Shown: positions 28,565 to 39,514 of the stretch, in pieces
Numbering within the stretch: position 1 is the first letter of the stretch
Layout of the letters: every line of letters starts with the position of its first letter
Source of the DNA: Thaumarchaeota archaeon UBA164
Lineage (GTDB): Archaea; Thermoproteota; Nitrososphaeria; Conexivisphaerales; UBA164
DNA length: 64,000 nucleotides
Direction: 5' to 3'
Assembly (NCBI GenBank): GCA_002499005.1
Contig: DAJU01000010.1
Coordinates: 201,302-265,301, forward strand
The notes under the pieces: model-generated
What the model was told of the DNA's origin: nothing
The model's database searches: none
What the model saw: the letters and a program-made list of their open reading frames with translations, nothing else
Translations under genes and position numbers: made by a program

Positions 28565-30061
28565 ATGAAAGATAAATATCGCATGTTTATCGATGGTCAA
28601 TCAGTTGAGTCATCCTCTGGCGCATGGTCGCCAGTGATAAATCCGGCTACTGGCACAAAGATATCAGATGTGCCCGTTGCTACAAGGGAGGATGTGGACA
28701 GGGCGGTTGACGCTGCCAGGTCCTCGTTTAGGAAGGGGGACTGGAGCTTTGCGCCGCCTGTTACAAGGTCTGGAGTCCTCCTTAAGCTTGCGGACATTAT
28801 GGAGAGCAAGCTGAACGAATACGCAATAGCAGAATCAATGATCTCTGGCAAAACTATGAAGCAAGCCCTAAACTATGATATACCTTATACAATTGATAAC
28901 ATTAGGTTTATTGCAGGAGCTGCAAGGGTGTTTGAAGGCCAGGCAATGAAGGAGTACGTGCCTGAAGGCACCAGCGCTATCAGGCGTGACCCTATAGGGG
29001 TTGTTGCGGTCATAACGCCGTGGAACTATCCTTTAATGGAGGTGGTTTGGAGAGCAATAGAGGCCATAGCTGTTGGCAACTCTGTGGTCGTAAAGCCTGC
29101 AAGCCTGACCCCGATCACGACGATAATGCTTGCTGAGGACCTTAAAGCAGCAGGGGTTCCAGATGGTGTGTTTAACGTGGTAACCGGCCCTGGAGGCTCC
29201 ATTGGCGAATACCTAGCTTCGCACAAAGACGTTGACATGATAGCCTTTACTGGAAGCACAGAAGTTGGTAGGAGACTTATGGAGCTTGGGGCAGCAACAA
29301 CAAAAAAGGTTTCGCTTGAGCTTGGGGGCAAGGCGCCATTTATAGTGTTTGACGATGCAGATGTGGAAGCAGCGGTTCAGGGAGCTGTCGTTGGCGGCCT
29401 TGTAAACAACGGACAGGACTGCGCTAACTCAACCAGGTACTACGTTCACAGCAGTGTTTATGATAAGTTCAGAGACGGGCTTGTGAATGAGCTTAAAAAG
29501 GTCAGGATAGGCGATCCGTTTGAAAACGTGGACATGGGCCCGCTGATTTCGGCATCCCACAGGGAAAGGGTTGAAGGATATATAAGAAAAGGGGTGGAGG
29601 AAGGCGGCAGGCTAATTTATGGCGGCAGGAGGCCGTCAATTCAAGGGCATGAAAATGGATTCTTTCTGGAACCAGCAGTAATAGAAACTGATAACCAGAA
29701 GTCAGCAATAGTTCAGGAAGAAATTTTTGGCCCTGTCTGGACCGTGCTCAAATTTGAAACCTATGAAGAGGCAATTGAAAAGGCAAACGATGTAATTTAT
29801 GGCCTGGGCGCATCTGTTTGGACCAAAGACGTGCAAAGGGCTGTAAAGGCAACCAGGGACCTGGAGTTCGCCACGGTGTGGGTAAACGAGCACGTTGTCG
29901 TTCCGTCCGAAATGCCGTGGCCAAGCTATAAACAGAGCGGGGCAGGTGCGTCGCTTTCGATTTACGGGCTCGAGGAGTACACTTATATAAAGCACGTTTA
30001 CTTTGACATATCAGGGCTAAAGAGAAAGTCTTGGTACTATCAGGTTTATGGAGAAAAGTAA
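28565..30061 (+). CDS. NAD(P)-dependent aldehyde dehydrogenase (aminoaldehyde/betaine-aldehyde DH-like)
   Basis: PWNYP, FTGSTEVG, ELGGK, GQDC, EEIFGPV. Confidence 0.9.
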   Translation: MKDKYRMFIDGQSVESSSGAWSPVINPATGTKISDVPVATREDVDRAVDAARSSFRKGDWSFAPPVTRSGVLLKLADIMESKLNEYAIAESMISGKTMKQALNYDIPYTIDNIRFIAGAARVFEGQAMKEYVPEGTSAIRRDPIGVVAVITPWNYPLMEVVWRAIEAIAVGNSVVVKPASLTPITTIMLAEDLKAAGVPDGVFNVVTGPGGSIGEYLASHKDVDMIAFTGSTEVGRRLMELGAATTKKVSLELGGKAPFIVFDDADVEAAVQGAVVGGLVNNGQDCANSTRYYVHSSVYDKFRDGLVNELKKVRIGDPFENVDMGPLISASHRERVEGYIRKGVEEGGRLIYGGRRPSIQGHENGFFLEPAVIETDNQKSAIVQEEIFGPVWTVLKFETYEEAIEKANDVIYGLGASVWTKDVQRAVKATRDLEFATVWVNEHVVVPSEMPWPSYKQSGAGASLSIYGLEEYTYIKHVYFDISGLKRKSWYYQVYGEK

Positions 30062-30186
30062 ACGCAATAGGCTAGCCATAACGTAAAAATAATTTTATTA
30101 ATGATGATAAGGCGGCTTGTTTAAAATAATGTAGCTGTAATTTAAGATAAAAAACTTTATCTGTTAAAGGTTTCAGTTTAAACTTA

Positions 30187-31632
30187 ATGCAGGACGCCTA
30201 TCTTGGCATCGACTTGGGCACCTCCTTTATTAAGGCTAGCGCTGTTAACGAATCAGGCGAAGTAACGCTAAGCTTCAGGACAAAGGCGCCGGCTGTTACA
30301 TCTCCACGGCCTGGCTGGACCGAGGTGAACCCCTTTGATTATTATTTTAACTTTAGGCGGTTCATTAAAAAGGTGATAAAGGCTCTTGGCTCAGGCAGGG
30401 TCAACGTCGGACTTTCAGCGATGGCCCCAGTTATGATACCGGTTGATAAAAGCTGTTACCCCATTTATAACGGGATTCTTTACAACGACACCAGAAGCGC
30501 GAGCGAAATAGAAGAGCTTAACAGGGATTATGGTGACCTTTTGTTTAACGAGAACGGAAACGTTGTAAACAATCAGCAATGGGTGCCAAAGATAGTTTGG
30601 TTTAGAAAGAACTTCCCTGAACTTTATGAAAGGACCTGGAAGTTCATGGAGCTCACCACGTTTATTATATGCAAGATGTCTGGCGTTGTTGCTACAGACG
30701 TGACCATGGCCCAGGAGGAGGGGTTCTTAAACTATAGGGACAGAAAGCTTTCATATAAAATACTGAATGAGCTTAAGATAGATCCTGAAAAGATTCCAGA
30801 GCCATCTGAGGTGGCTGAGCAGCGGGTGGAGTTTAACATAGATGGCGTTTCGTTTAAGACGACCGCTGGGACCGTTGACTTCATAGGCTCATCTGTATCC
30901 CTTGATTTGCTAAATGAAGGAAAGCTCGCGCTTATACTCGGCAGCACAGGTGTGATATCTTACTCAACGGTTGCCCCAAAGCCTGACAAAAGGCTTTACC
31001 TGGACGTTGGCCCTTACCCTGGGCTGTTTTATGTGAACGGTGCAACGGCAGCTTCAGGCATATTTCTTGATTATGTTATGGGAATTCTTGGCATGAAGAA
31101 CAAATACAAGAGACTTGACAGGCTTCTTAACAATCAAAACGTAAATACAGAAGGGCTCGTTGCCCTTCCATATCTTATAGGCGAGCGCACGCCCATTCTT
31201 GATCCACGTGCAAGGGCAGTTTTCTTTGGCATTACAAACAGAACGGGTAAGACTGAGCTGTTAAAAGCAACGATTGAGGCAATAGCGTTTTCTATGAAAC
31301 ATCATTATAGCATAATGCTTGAACTCGGTTACAGGCCAGGGCGCGTGCTTCTCAGCGGCGGCCTTTCAAACTTGGATGTCATGAGAAAAGCGATTGCCGA
31401 TTCGCTTGGGATGAACATAATGAAGGTTAATGACGGCTCCGAGACCGTGGGGGACGCGATAATTTCGCTTGTGGCGGCTGGGGTAATTTCGTGGAACGAT
31501 GCATCAAAGCTTATTGAGGATAGGCTTCTTAGAGGCATGATAATAAACGCGGAGCCTCAGCCATGGATTGAAAAGAACTTTATGATATACACTCAGCTTT
31601 ATGAAAGGCTAAAGGACTTATTCCCCCTTTAA
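30187..31632 (+). CDS. FGGY-family carbohydrate kinase (xylulokinase-like)
   Basis: GIDLGTS, YNDTRS, LGST, PYLIGERTP, SGG. Confidence 0.9.
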   Translation: MQDAYLGIDLGTSFIKASAVNESGEVTLSFRTKAPAVTSPRPGWTEVNPFDYYFNFRRFIKKVIKALGSGRVNVGLSAMAPVMIPVDKSCYPIYNGILYNDTRSASEIEELNRDYGDLLFNENGNVVNNQQWVPKIVWFRKNFPELYERTWKFMELTTFIICKMSGVVATDVTMAQEEGFLNYRDRKLSYKILNELKIDPEKIPEPSEVAEQRVEFNIDGVSFKTTAGTVDFIGSSVSLDLLNEGKLALILGSTGVISYSTVAPKPDKRLYLDVGPYPGLFYVNGATAASGIFLDYVMGILGMKNKYKRLDRLLNNQNVNTEGLVALPYLIGERTPILDPRARAVFFGITNRTGKTELLKATIEAIAFSMKHHYSIMLELGYRPGRVLLSGGLSNLDVMRKAIADSLGMNIMKVNDGSETVGDAIISLVAAGVISWNDASKLIEDRLLRGMIINAEPQPWIEKNFMIYTQLYERLKDLFPL

Positions 31633-32089
31633 AGTTCTTCATTTACAAATCACTGAGCAAAATCTCGCCTTTTTACTCAAGGAGCTGAATAATTACGGTC
31701 GGTCAAGGTCCGGTCAACGCTTATTAAATCGGCTAATTTCGATAAACGTTTTACCCAATTACATTGCGAACTTATTTATGAAAATGCACAAAGCCAAGCA
31801 GCAGCCTTTTGCTGAGCACAAGGTTAAGGTTTTGGACACTACTGCAAGCATTGACAGGATCATGAAGAACTATGTAACTCGCAGGAGCTAGCAAAATGGC
31901 TTAGCTGCTAGAATGCAGTTGTTATAAGAGGAATATATGATGAACGTTTAAGGCTATACAAAGAAGCCGTGACGCGCGCCGAGTTGAGCCGGATGTTTGT
32001 AAAGGTTGTTGACCATATATGTGACAGCTCAGTTCTGAAAAATATGGTTGCTATGCTAAGGCAAACTGAATTGCCGATCTTTCACCCAA

Positions 32090-32682
32090 GGCCTCCCATT
32101 AACTTGAGCCCACCTCCACGAGCGAGCCCTACATTACATATGCGGCCAGCGTCGGCTCAACACAAACGCATCCAGGGCCAAAGGCGTTGAGCATGAGTAC
32201 AAAGGCCCCAGGCCAACTCCTAATGTGCTCCATTATCCTCTCAATTATGGCCTTTTTCTCGTAAAAGCCGTACACTATGTGGCCCAGCCCAAGCCAGCGG
32301 CAGACGTCAGCCGAGTTTGGCTCCCTGCTCACATGGAACTCATGCACGGCCTTTGGGCCACAGGCAACCCATATGGCAGCCTTGCCACTCCTAAGCTATA
32401 CAAAGGTCTCATCAACGAAGAGCGCCTTCATGTATTTCCTGGAAGGCCTTGAAGCAATTCAAAGCATGTTGCCGTACTTCTGTATTTATATCGCAACGTG
32501 GGACCTTTCAAAGTACCTGGAAAGGCTCTCAGCCGCAGCCCTAGGCTCTTTGCGCGGTATTGATATATTGCGTACAGCATAAGGAGCATGGGAGCCTTGC
32601 CCTGATCTGGAGCTGGCCATTCATTAATTGGGGTAAGGGCCCCTCTTAAATTATGTTATTGATGAGAAGTTAACAGCAAGCC
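32090..32682 (-). mobile_element. Degenerate, internally deleted IS6-family element (copy 1)
   Basis: Minus-strand translation with stops: RSHVAI*IQKYG..ALFVDETFV*LRSGKAAIWVA..HVSREPN..CRWLGL..IIERIM (IS6 DDE-like); TTAACTT / AAGTTAA end motifs; closely matches 45784-46342. Confidence 0.75.
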
Positions 32683-32728
32683 GTGATCACTCAAAACACT
32701 TATATCTCCATGCACTCTTACACAGCAC

Positions 32729-33907
32729 GTGGATGTTGAAGTTGCTGTAATTGGGGCCGGAGCAACAGGACTTTTCACAGCGCTTGACTTGAGCCTCAGG
32801 GGTGTCCGTGTTGCAGTCATAGACCGGGGCGGGCTCCTGAGTGGGACCTCGGGCAGCATGCACGGGCTCCTTCATAGCGGCGCAAGGTATGTGACAAACG
32901 ATATGGAGTCTGCAAGGCAGTGCATAGCTGAAAACCAGACGCTGAGCATTATAGCGCCGCATTCGATCTTTGATACAGGGGGCCTTTTTGTTTCCCTAAA
33001 GGGTGATGATGACGCCTTTATTGACTTCTTCTTAAAGGGGCTAGCTGAGGCGGGAATAAATTATAGGGAGATTGAGGACCCATTTAGGCTCGAGCCAAAC
33101 CTTAACAGGGATGTAGAGTATGCGATCTGGGTGCCAGATAAGGTAGTTGACCCATTTAGGCTTTTTGGAGGGGTGGCCTACCTTGCAAATAAAAACGGGG
33201 CCAAGTTCCTCTTGCATAGCGAAGTAAAGGGGATCTCGGGCTCAAGGGTAATAACTGAAAAAGGAACTATTAATGCAAAGCTCCTAGTTAACGCTGCTGG
33301 GCCATGGGCTTCAAAGATCTCTCAGATGCACAGTAGCGAAAGCCAAGTTATTGAGCTAATGCCAACGATTGGGCTAATGCTGGTCTTTGGGGAAAAGCTT
33401 AACGAAATGGTGATCAACAGGCTCAGGCCCCCCTCAGATGGGGACATTGTTGTCCCGTTTTATGGAAGAAGCATACTTGGCACGACCGCTCAGGTCGTTG
33501 AGGACCCCGACAAAGTTGAAGTTGAAGAGGAGGACATACAGTACCTGATAGAGGAGGGAAGCGCCATGTTACCAAGGCTCGCTCAGCTCAGGCCATTAAG
33601 GCATTATTACTCAGTAAGACCTTTGTTGAAGGGCACAAGCGCAAGAACTGCAACCAGGGATTTTGAAATATTTGACGAAGGGGACATGGTTACAATAGTA
33701 GGGGGCAAGCTTACCACTTCAAGGCTAATGGGGGAGAAGACGGCGGATCTTGTAAGTGAAAAGCTGGGCATCAGCGGCCCAAGCTCAACAGCAAAAACCG
33801 AGATACCAGATGCCCTCTCGCTTTACTCATTGAAGAATACCATAGGGGATGAGGTTTACGGCCAGGGATACGCGCTAGCAAGGCTCGAGGAGGTTTTACA
33901 GGCATGA
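32729..33907 (+). CDS. FAD-dependent glycerol-3-phosphate dehydrogenase (GlpA-like, C-terminally short)
   Basis: GAGATG, HGLLHSGARY, NAAGPW, GTT, RPL, GGKLTTSRLMGE. Confidence 0.85.
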   Translation: MDVEVAVIGAGATGLFTALDLSLRGVRVAVIDRGGLLSGTSGSMHGLLHSGARYVTNDMESARQCIAENQTLSIIAPHSIFDTGGLFVSLKGDDDAFIDFFLKGLAEAGINYREIEDPFRLEPNLNRDVEYAIWVPDKVVDPFRLFGGVAYLANKNGAKFLLHSEVKGISGSRVITEKGTINAKLLVNAAGPWASKISQMHSSESQVIELMPTIGLMLVFGEKLNEMVINRLRPPSDGDIVVPFYGRSILGTTAQVVEDPDKVEVEEEDIQYLIEEGSAMLPRLAQLRPLRHYYSVRPLLKGTSARTATRDFEIFDEGDMVTIVGGKLTTSRLMGEKTADLVSEKLGISGPSSTAKTEIPDALSLYSLKNTIGDEVYGQGYALARLEEVLQA

Positions 33908-34341
33908 TACAGCTAGGTGGGCAGAATGAGGTAAGGAGAAAGGGTTTGCTTGACTTCCTAAAGGATCCTTCCTCTTTTTCAAAGTGCATACCTAATCTTG
34001 AGTCAATTGAGATCAGATCGCCAAGCGAGTTTGATGCAAAGTTCAAGGTTGAAGTGCCGGAGGAGTTTGGCATTTCCTACCTGAAGACCATAGGAATAAA
34101 GATGCATTTCATAGTTAGCTCTTCTGGAAACAGGGTAAATATGCGCGGTGAAGGGAGGTCCATGGGGCTTAAGGTTAAGATAGACATAGAGGTTGAAGTG
34201 TACGAGCGTGGAGAGACATCCACGATGTCTTGGAAGGCCTCTGTTGACGTCGGGCTTCTTGAAAGGATGCTTGGAGAGGACAAGATAAAGGAATTTTCTG
34301 ATGGGATAATATCTCAGCTTGTATCGTGCATAGGCTCTTAA
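33904..34341 (+). CDS. CoxG/SRPBCC-family protein
   Basis: FLKDP..KCIPNL motif; overlaps the G3PDH stop (ATGA). Confidence 0.75.
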   Translation: MIQLGGQNEVRRKGLLDFLKDPSSFSKCIPNLESIEIRSPSEFDAKFKVEVPEEFGISYLKTIGIKMHFIVSSSGNRVNMRGEGRSMGLKVKIDIEVEVYERGETSTMSWKASVDVGLLERMLGEDKIKEFSDGIISQLVSCIGS

Positions 34342-34478
34342 TCAAAAATTGAGTTGGTATATTTAAAATTAAGTACAACTTTATGAGGCAAACTTAAGCG
34401 GTCTGCCCCACACAGCACCATTGAAAGTTCAACAACCAAAATCCACGAACGATTTTGAGGGTTAGTTTAAGCTTAGCG

Positions 34479-34845
<367 letters not shown>

Positions 34846-34899
34846 TGTAATAAGACATAGCAATGTTTATATTAAACTTCCTTATTTAAATTAATACCA

Positions 34900-36375
34900 A
34901 TGGGAGAAAAGGGCAATGAGCAAACTAATACACTAAATCCTAAAAAAATCGGATTGTGGTCCATGACTTTTATGACAATTGCTGCAATATACCCCATGGC
35001 GATGGCTGTTTCTAACGCGTCAGCGGCTGTGTCTTATGGTGGATTTGCTGCGCCGCTAATACCTATCATCGGGGCAATTGTTATATTGTTTGTGACTGCG
35101 CCAGTAATGGAATATGCGAGAATCGCTTCATTTGCAGGAGGTTACTACGGTTTGGCTGAGCTTGGGTTTGGGATTTCTGCAGGGAAATTTGTTGGATTAT
35201 TTAGGCTTTTTTATGATCTCTTTTTTGACACACTAACGGCAACAGCATTTGCTTATATAATTTATACAACATTTTATGTCCTTTACAATTACAGCATGCC
35301 AGGCATAGCGCTCATAGGTCTTGCTATATTCTTTATGATCCTGCTGTATGTGTTTACCATAGTAAAGCTAGAACATGCAGCGCTCATTAATAATATTATA
35401 CAGATAATCCAGATCGCGATTTTAATTATATTTTCTATAATAGTTATTGCCAGAACGCCATTTAACAGCTTGGCAGCTTTTAATCCGGCAAGTGCCCCGT
35501 CGGGGGTAAGCGGTCTAATGTTAGGCGTTATTCTGGCAGGTTTCCTGTTTTATACTGGATACGGAACACCACTTTATTTATCAGAAGAAGGAAAGGAACC
35601 CTTTAGAAATGTTTGGAGAGCTATAGTTCTTGGCGTTTTAATTACGTCGATAGTTGGAACTGTAACCATTTATGCTGAGGTTGTAGGTATTGGTCCAAGC
35701 AAATTGTCAGTAATAACGTCAGTGTTGAATCCAGGGATATCCGCATATTTGCCATATGTTGGAATTGTTGGAATAGGGGCCTTTGTGATAGCAGCGTGGC
35801 TAGGACAACTAATGGGTGGCGTTTCGCCAGGCCTTGGTACAGTGAGAGATATTTACGCTCTTGCAAGAGATAATTTCTTTGGAGAAAGAGGGCGCGCATA
35901 TTTTACCAAGATGAATAAAAGTAATGTCCCATCAAATGCAGCTCTGTTAAACTTGATTCTAGGAATTCTTACAACAGGTGTGATAGAAGCATTAATGATA
36001 TTTTACTATGGCCTGCCAGAAGGCGCATTCTACGCGCTGTTCCTTTCTGGAAGCATGGTGGTAGCGTACTGGTTTATTCTTCATTTTATCGCAGATTTCT
36101 CCCTAACGGCCCTTTATAGAAAATACAAGTTTCCGTTATTTAGTTTAAGAAACTTCTTTATAGGTATAATATCACCAATAGGAGCGGCTATCATATTCAT
36201 ATATTCATTTTACATGGGTTATAGTTCATTGCCTGAACCTTACTTTGGAGGTCTTATTTTTGTCTTCATTTCAGCAATAGTCGGCGCGCTAATCATTGCG
36301 GTGTCAAGGCACAGGGGAGCAAAGTGGGAATCGTATATTTCTAAGACTGTACAAATAAAGCAAGACAAAAAGTAA
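34900..36375 (+). CDS. APC-family permease (paralog of 24971-26404), AT-richer than core genes
   Basis: YGGFAAPL, AGGYY, TPFNSLAAF, GFLFYTGYG..SEE shared with the first permease. Confidence 0.87.
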   Translation: MGEKGNEQTNTLNPKKIGLWSMTFMTIAAIYPMAMAVSNASAAVSYGGFAAPLIPIIGAIVILFVTAPVMEYARIASFAGGYYGLAELGFGISAGKFVGLFRLFYDLFFDTLTATAFAYIIYTTFYVLYNYSMPGIALIGLAIFFMILLYVFTIVKLEHAALINNIIQIIQIAILIIFSIIVIARTPFNSLAAFNPASAPSGVSGLMLGVILAGFLFYTGYGTPLYLSEEGKEPFRNVWRAIVLGVLITSIVGTVTIYAEVVGIGPSKLSVITSVLNPGISAYLPYVGIVGIGAFVIAAWLGQLMGGVSPGLGTVRDIYALARDNFFGERGRAYFTKMNKSNVPSNAALLNLILGILTTGVIEALMIFYYGLPEGAFYALFLSGSMVVAYWFILHFIADFSLTALYRKYKFPLFSLRNFFIGIISPIGAAIIFIYSFYMGYSSLPEPYFGGLIFVFISAIVGALIIAVSRHRGAKWESYISKTVQIKQDKK

Positions 36376-36487
36376 AACCTAAAATTTGTCTTTCTATTAG
36401 ACAGGCATGTGTAGAATTCGATATATCGTGCTAAAAGTTACTTAATTTAATAATAGTTTTTAAAGTGTTAGATATAGCTGGGAACTT

Positions 36488-36617
36488 CTGTTGCCCTTGT
36501 GCGCTGCTTATGTTTACCTATAACCTCATTTCATCAATGAGAACACTCAAACTGCCCATCCGGGGTCCTACCCCGTTGTAGCTTCTTCCTGTGCCATTAT
36601 CATACCGCAGTTAACTT
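36488..36617. repeat. 130-bp direct repeat, copy 1
   Basis: Matches 45468-45597 with two mismatches. Confidence 0.9.
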
Positions 36618-36669
36618 GCCGGGGCATGTCCCCAAACGATATCAAATTAACCGCAATCGATTGATGGAA

Positions 36670-36950
36670 CATGCGGGCCTTTTCTCATTCAGGACCTAGT
36701 ATATGGTCCTCAGCAGCTTTACGACAGCCGCGGTTATCGCCTTCTTTCCTCCCTTCCTCTCCCTAAGCCTCCGATAAAACCTGGCGATTCTTTCTTCAGG
36801 GTCGCTACTCACGTTTGCTCATGCTGCCGGCACAAGCACTAACCTAGATATGAGCTCCCCCTGCTTCGTTATTGGGCCATGCATTGCCTTTCCTCCTGAC
36901 GCCCTCACGATCGGGACAAGCCCAATATATAAACTACCTGAAGTCAGCAG
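36670..36950 (-). pseudogene. IS110-family transposase C-terminal remnant
   Basis: GLVPIVRASGGKAMHGPITKQGSSYL..RFYRRLRERKGGKKAITAAVVKLLRTIY*VL with stops and a frameshift. Confidence 0.75.
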
Positions 36951-37215
36951 GCTGAGGAAGGTTAAGGTCAGGACAAAGGCCGACGCTATAGTGATTGGGC
37001 TCCCAACTTACTTACGCGGGCCAAGGAGATTGTGGAGGACACAAAGGGATGGTTGTGCTTGTAAACTAAAGGGAGATGATCTCCGCGGCCCGGAGATATA
37101 CAGGAAGGCCAGATCTGCCCTAATGCTGGTTGGAGCGGCTGCTTACATAGCCCTTAAGTTCAGGCTCAGGGACAACAAGGTGGCCATGACAATTGTATCA
37201 GAGGGCAATATATAA
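36950..37215 (+). pseudogene. Remnant of a PLP-dependent threonine dehydratase-like C-terminus
   Basis: RTKADAIVIGLP..VGAAAYIAL..KVAMTIVSEGNI resembles TIADG..GAAA..VVSGGNI. Confidence 0.45.
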
Positions 37216-37218
37216 TAC

Positions 37219-38115
37219 TTAAATTATGTTTTTCAGCTCATCCGCTATTGCGGGCGCCACCTTAACCACGCTTATAGGACTCAGCACCGTGTCTGTACCC
37301 GCAAGAGTTTCAAGCTCCATCTCCCTTAGCTTGTGATACGCCTCCTGAACCAGAAGTGGGTGGACGCACAAAACGTGAACCTTACCGGCGCCGGCGCCCC
37401 TGAGAAGCTTGACAGCCTCGACTATTGTGCCCCCCGTGCTTATTATGTCGTCCACAATTATTGCGTCCCTCCCCCTGACGTCCCCCAGCTCCCCCCTGAC
37501 CTCAACCTCAGTACCTGAAATCCTCCTCTTCTTGAGGACGAAGTAGGCAAGCCCTAGATCCCCGGCCATAACGCTAGCCCACTGCTCAGCTTCCTCGTCA
37601 GGCCCCACCACAACGGCATTGGAGATGTCCAAATGTCCCTTAACATACTTTGATAGCTCCCTAACTCCAGTCACGTTCCTGACGAATGCGCCAAACGTCC
37701 TCTTTGGATCCGTAATCCTGTGAAGGTGCATGTCCACGGTTATTATGTAATCTACCGAAATTGACTGAAAGAGCCTGCCAACAGTGAAGGCACTGACCGC
37801 CTCGCCCGGGTTAAATTCCTCATCCTGTCTGGCGTAAGCCATGTAGGGGATGACTGCTATGACCTTCCGGGCATTGTGCTTCTTTATGGCGTCCAAGGCT
37901 AGAAAAGTTTCAATTAGCGCTGAGTTCGGGTTTGGCTGAAGGCTGTTAACATATATCACGTCCTTCCCTTCAAGCTCCGCCGGTACTCTGATGTATGTTT
38001 CGCCGTCAGGGAAGCTCTTTACTTCAACGGGCTGATAATCCGCCTTTATCGCCCTAGACACGTCAAACGCTAAGTGCCTTGAGTTTGATCCTCCAAGCAC
38101 CAAGGTGCTACTCAT
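37219..38115 (-). CDS. prs: Ribose-phosphate pyrophosphokinase
   Basis: FPDGE, PYMAYARQD, DMH, IVDDIISTGGT. Confidence 0.93.
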   Translation of the reverse strand: MSSTLVLGGSNSRHLAFDVSRAIKADYQPVEVKSFPDGETYIRVPAELEGKDVIYVNSLQPNPNSALIETFLALDAIKKHNARKVIAVIPYMAYARQDEEFNPGEAVSAFTVGRLFQSISVDYIITVDMHLHRITDPKRTFGAFVRNVTGVRELSKYVKGHLDISNAVVVGPDEEAEQWASVMAGDLGLAYFVLKKRRISGTEVEVRGELGDVRGRDAIIVDDIISTGGTIVEAVKLLRGAGAGKVHVLCVHPLLVQEAYHKLREMELETLAGTDTVLSPISVVKVAPAIADELKNII

Positions 38116-38219
38116 ATGGATTTGTTGTATTGCCGGAGCCATTTAAGACTTTTTATATAACTAATTACGCTTGGTCATAAACGCTTAAAGGCCCCAGGCT
38201 CAGATAAACAGGGCAGCAT

Positions 38220-38790
38220 AGAAGCTGAGGGTTTTAAAGGGGAAGGGCGTTGACGGCAAAAGATCGCCTAAAAGCGCTGAGGTTGCAGTAAATTAGGAGA
38301 CCGCCTTATAGAGTGCATAGAGGTGACCCTACTGCCATGCTTAATAGACACCCATATACACTTTAACGCCGAAAGCCCTCTAGCTAATGGACTGAGTGCT
38401 TATCCCTGACGCGTTTCTATAGATAAAGTCGATCTATGACGCGGAGGCCTTCTTGATGCCGGGTTTACGACGGTGAGAACGATGGTGGACAAGGTTTAGC
38501 TTGAGATGAGCAGCACAGAAAAGATGGGCGTCCTGAAGAGCCCGAGGATCGTCTTGCCGGGTTATTCAATAGCAGCTACTGAGGGAGACAATGACCCAAA
38601 GTCCCTTGCATATGACATGGCAAGGCAGCTTTCCTACTCGTGCTACTTTGACGGCCCATGGGGGTGCAAAAGTCCATCATGCTTAACATAAGGGCAGGGG
38701 GTCTAACCAATCAAAGCATGCGTCAAGCAGCTTTGTAAGAGACGGCATGATCAGGAACGAGCTGACGTTTGAGGAGCTTAAGGCTATAGA
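38220..38790 (+). pseudogene. Degraded metal-dependent amidohydrolase
   Basis: Fragments LLPCLIDTHIHF, DAGFTTVR, SPRIV, DGPWGC, LTFEELKAI across frames with stops. Confidence 0.6.
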
Positions 38791-39174
38791 AGGCTTTGGT
38801 TTGAAATAACTTGAGTAACCATTGGGCCTGCGCTCAGGCGCCTGCTGAAAAATGGGGATCGAATCCACCCGGTGTCCTTCTATCTTAAGGACTTCGGAAG
38901 CCACTTTGGGGGATATTTAAGGGAGGAAGGCTGAGGCCAGTCTTTGCCGATGTGGCGGGCTTTACAGGTGATTCATGAAAAGCGCCAAAGAGCTCAAGGG
39001 GTGCTGGCCTTGACTAGCAGGAGCTGATAATGGACGAGGACTGGGAGCTGCTTGAGCTAAAGGCGTCGCTGTTTTTATAACCTACATAAAGAGGGGTCTG
39101 AAGGTTTGGGAGGCTTGGGAGCTACGCTGTATCAAGTATAAACAGGTGGTTTAGGGAAAACGTAAAGAAGTCGG

Positions 39175-39350
39175 GGCTTAGGGAATGCGCAAAGCTGGCC
39201 GATGGGTGCAGGTTCCCCGAACTCCCTAGACCCTTTAACGGGAGGTTCTTCTGCATCCAAACGCTATTTTATGATATTGATGGTGAATCTGAAATAATGA
39301 AGGAGGAGATCTTTGGATCGGTCATGGTCGTCAGCCCCTTTGAATGTGGT
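39175..39350 (+). pseudogene. Aldehyde dehydrogenase fragment
   Basis: GRFF..TLFYDIDGESEIMKEEIFGSVMVVSPF. Confidence 0.5.
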
Positions 39351-39514
39351 GATAATGCTCATCGGTCTTTTGATCCCCTTGACCTGGATAATTAATTTAT
39401 TGCAGGGCTCTGCTAAGGTGTTCAAATGGACATGCGCAAATTAGCGCGCTTTAACACGCGCGTAGTTGAATTAGAAAAATTTAATAACTCCTCGTAAACA
39501 AATTTCAACTCAGG

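Noticed and set aside
31770-32090. Coding-like fragments (73-aa ORF) upstream of IS6 copy 1
   Set aside because: Probably a decayed gene, but I cannot assign a family
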